Positions 60,896 to 64,000 of a stretch of 64,000 nt of DNA are shown one piece after another (the first letter of the stretch is position 1; each line of letters starts with the position of its first letter). This stretch comes from Felis catus. Taxonomy: Eukaryota. The notes beneath the pieces were generated by a model. It worked only from the letters and a program-made list of their open reading frames with translations, had not been told where the DNA came from and made no database searches. The stretch spans positions 195,984,001-196,048,000 of the forward strand of contig NC_058368.1 of NCBI RefSeq assembly GCF_018350175.1, given 5' to 3'. A program made the translations under genes and the position numbers.

Positions 60896-63774
60896 GAAAC
60901 GCTGACCTTCTGCCCCTGAACGCCCTGTGTCTCATGGACACCCTCTTCCTCCTGGCTTCAGCATTGTGCTGTGTAAGGAGGGGCAGGGCTCTTTTGGATT
61001 GGACATTGGAGGGCCTGCATGCCTTGGAGCACAGGGTGGGGCCCAGGGATGCCTGTCTCCAGGGAGCTCCTATTCTGGGGCTAGTCCCACCCCTGGGGAT
61101 GTCCCAGGGCCATCCTGTGGGAGACACCCAGCCAGGACCACAGGCCCTCAAAGTATCTCTGTCACCAGCCTCAGGCTGGACAAGGCCTGAGTTGCCCAGT
61201 AGAACGTGCTTTCCTCGGGAAACCAGAGCGTCTTCTGAGACACCAGGCCCCCGAAGGGTCCTGGCTTAGCCAAGACTGTGGTCAGTGCTGGCCATAGTCT
61301 GGCCTGCACACCCCTTCCTGTGGGGGCCTCAGTGCCAGGGAGGCGGCCCTGCGAACAATGCCCTGCTCTGTTCCTGGCGTGGGAGGGGATGGTTAGTTTA
61401 GCCGCACCTCACCCCAGCGGGGGATCCAATGCTCCCCTGCTCACCTCCACTAACCGGAGCCTTCAGGCCCCGGAGGAAACACAGACACCCCACACTTAGC
61501 ACCCTCCCAACTCCCAGACAGGCCACGACTCAGAGGTCAGGAGTTAGAGCCAAAATGCCTTTAGGGGTCCTAGGTCCCACGATCTAGGGATGGCATCTCA
61601 GCAGAGCCAGCCACGGTCACCCAAAACCCCACCCCAACCAATGTGGCTCCATCTTTGCTCAGACCCTTTGATCAGGCCTCAGGCCTCATCTGGTGAATGA
61701 GAAGGGCTCAGAGAGGCTAAGCAGCTGCCTCTGCAGCTAGGAAGCAGCAGAAATGGAACTCAGACCCAGGTCTGTGAGTCTCCAGAGCCTGTGGTCTTAA
61801 TCACTGCACCAAACCATCCTTTCGAAATCCTGAAGTGACCATGAGTCCCAGGGCGCAGGGTACCCTGCACAGACCTCAGCACGCGGACACACACATGCAC
61901 ACACACACACGCGCACACACACGCACACCTTCCTTAGCGCCCAACCCTGCCAAAGAGAGTCTTGGAAAGCCTCGGGGCCCAGTCCCCCACCGCTCACACG
62001 GAGGGGGCCTCTGAGCCTCCCAAGTCCCCAGTCTGGGTCCAGGAGTCAGGGTCCCCTTGGTGGCTACACAGGTGGAGGAGGAGGCCAGTCCTGCCCTGGA
62101 GCTCCCCTCAGCCCTGCAGGCCTGCAGGTCAGCTGGACCTCCTCCCCCAATCCTCCCAGGGCCCACAGGCCCCGGGCCAGGCTTGGCTTCCGGAGCTGCC
62201 GCCACCTTGGCCGGCTACACCACACATGGTTTCAATCAGCAGCCTGCGGGATGAATGGTGCCTTGTGAGAGCTCCACGGGGCTCACCTCGCGCACAACAG
62301 CCAGGTGGGGCACCCTCGGGGAGGCAGGAGTGCAAGGGGACGTCAGGTGGGGGACGAGCCGGGGGTGCAGGACAGCACAGAGGGAGGAGCCAGGACCTTG
62401 TGGTCAGACGGGGTGAGGTCCCAGCCCGGCCACCCACAACGCGCCAGACATCTCCAGGCCTCGGCTCAGGTCTCCGGGTAAAGGGGAGCAACGAGCCCCA
62501 TCAGGGGGTTGTGAGCATTCAGGGAGATGATGCCTAGCACGCCGTGAGGGGCTGGCACACAGTAGGCGCTCTGTACCTGGCGTCCCACCTGTCAGGGAAC
62601 CGGGAGCAGGAGGCTCACAAACTCGATTTAATGGGGAAGGGAGAGGAGGCGACTTCATTTGTGAAGGGGGGAGGCTGCCATCAGCTGCCTCCGCCAGCCG
62701 CCTCCACAAGGCCAAGGGGCCTCCCACAGGGAGCTCTAGAAGCAGGCCCCAGGTCCGTGAAGGGGGGAGACGCCGCACCCCAGCCCTGTTGGAGAGGAGA
62801 GCTTGAGGGTAGCCGGCACAAGTCATAAGTAATGTTTACTGAGTACTGAGTGGAGGCTGCCCTCCGTGCCTCCTTCTGTGGATGTTTCCATTTTACACAC
62901 AATAAAACTATGACTCAGAAGGGGAAGGTGACCAGGCTACAGCCACACAGCTGGTGAGACGCAGAGCTGGGATGTGAGACCATGCGATGGGTGGCCGGCA
63001 CGGGGCACCCCCCACCCACCACCAACGGAGATGAGAGCTCATTTTCTGAGGGTCTCTCGTGGACAGGGCGGGTGGGGGCCGTGCTTCCTGGCATCCCCAC
63101 TCAGCCTCTTTTCCCGTCCACAGAGCTTTCAGTGACCCAGTCTGGGGTGCGCAATGACCCAGGTCCTCTGCCCTGCCTCCTGCCCACCACCAGGCAGAGT
63201 CCGGTGCAGAGTGTGGCCTCTGGGCATCTGAGAATAGAGAGGTGGGAGGGAGGCAGGGGCAAAAAAACCTCATCATGTTTCTTTGCGCTGAACCAGTATG
63301 CGGGTCCTGTCAGCACTGGGATAACAGGCAGACCCCTTACCCCGTGGACAAGGCCCCGTGGACCCCACAAAAGCCTCAAGCTTCATGACCCCTCCTTCCT
63401 CTCCACCCCGCCGCCTCCACTCTCCAGGCTAAGACCCTTCGGATGCTGGCAGCCCGTGGCTATCCAGCCCTCTCCTCCAGGCTTTGCCCAGGATTTCACC
63501 TGCCTGGAACCCTCTCCTGCCCCACCCTGGCTAGCCAGTCCCCCAAATCCCAGCCAACCGAGCACTCTGTGCACGAGGATGCCCGATCTGCCGCACCGGG
63601 CTCCAGGGCATCCCTTCATGTGTTTCTGGGAGCAGAGCCCTGGGTCCTTGTGGACCTCCTGTGGGATTGGCCCCAAATTCAGAATCTAATCTAGATCTGC
63701 AGGGGAAGGAAATGAATCCCCTCTGTTGGAGATGGGATGCCACCTTTTCAGACTGGTTTTCTCTTATCCTTTTC

Positions 63775-63986
63775 TTTTATTTATTATTTTGAGAGAGAGT
63801 CAGGGAGAGAGAGAGTACATGCGCAAGTTGGGGAGGGGCAGAGAGAGAGGGAGGGAGAGAGAGAGACTCCCAAGCTGGCTCTGCAGGGCTGAGCCCGATG
63901 CAGGGCTGGAACCCACAAACTGCGAGATCATGACCCGACTTGAGCCAAAGTCAGATGCTCAACCCACTGAGCCACCCAGGCGCCCC
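63775..63986 (-). mobile_element. SINEC (Fc2-like)
   Basis: Ends in ...GAGCCACCCAGGCGCCCC; imperfect TSD CTCT..TCCTTTTC. Confidence 0.9.
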
Positions 63987-64000
63987 TCTAATTCCTTTTC

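Noticed and set aside
62982..63689. 235-aa plus-strand ORF and neighbouring ORFs at 61962-62826
   Set aside because: GC-rich chance ORFs with no recognisable homology. No exon of the expected neighbouring gene (NDST1, from recalled synteny) was seen.
22700..64000. PDZ-encoding exons like those of SYNPO2/SYNPO2L (GGAPWGFRL motif) upstream of the coding exon
   Set aside because: No such motif seen in the ORF track or by eye. Short or decayed exons could be missed; tblastn with the SYNPO2 PDZ domain would settle it.

Overview
GC-rich mammalian DNA from a felid, judged from multiple tRNA-derived SINEC_Fc elements and a felid/carnivore L1 3' end. The window holds the 5' half of synaptopodin (SYNPO) on the minus strand. 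There is one clearly recognisable coding exon (22028-22678; ATG at 22433, MLGPHLPPAP...DGSYRCLALEAEESSGEEGLQGE...RVAQKP, ending in a phase-1 donor). Three well-supported candidate alternative first exons/promoters lie at about 40280-40390, in the CpG island at about 15782-15855, and at about 869-1055; a weaker fourth candidate lies at about 53234-53400. The large downstream SYNPO exon is beyond position 1. The rest is intron or upstream DNA with SINEC, MIR, L2, L3/CR1, L1, MLT2 and hAT-type repeats, microsatellites and several motif-dense candidate enhancers. I found no prokaryotic features, CRISPR array or structural RNA gene, and no convincing wholly new system. The most testable observations are cryptic in-frame N-terminal extensions and uORFs in SYNPO 5' exons. 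Repeat family names and human-gene comparisons come from recall, not database searches, and coordinates of old repeats are approximate.
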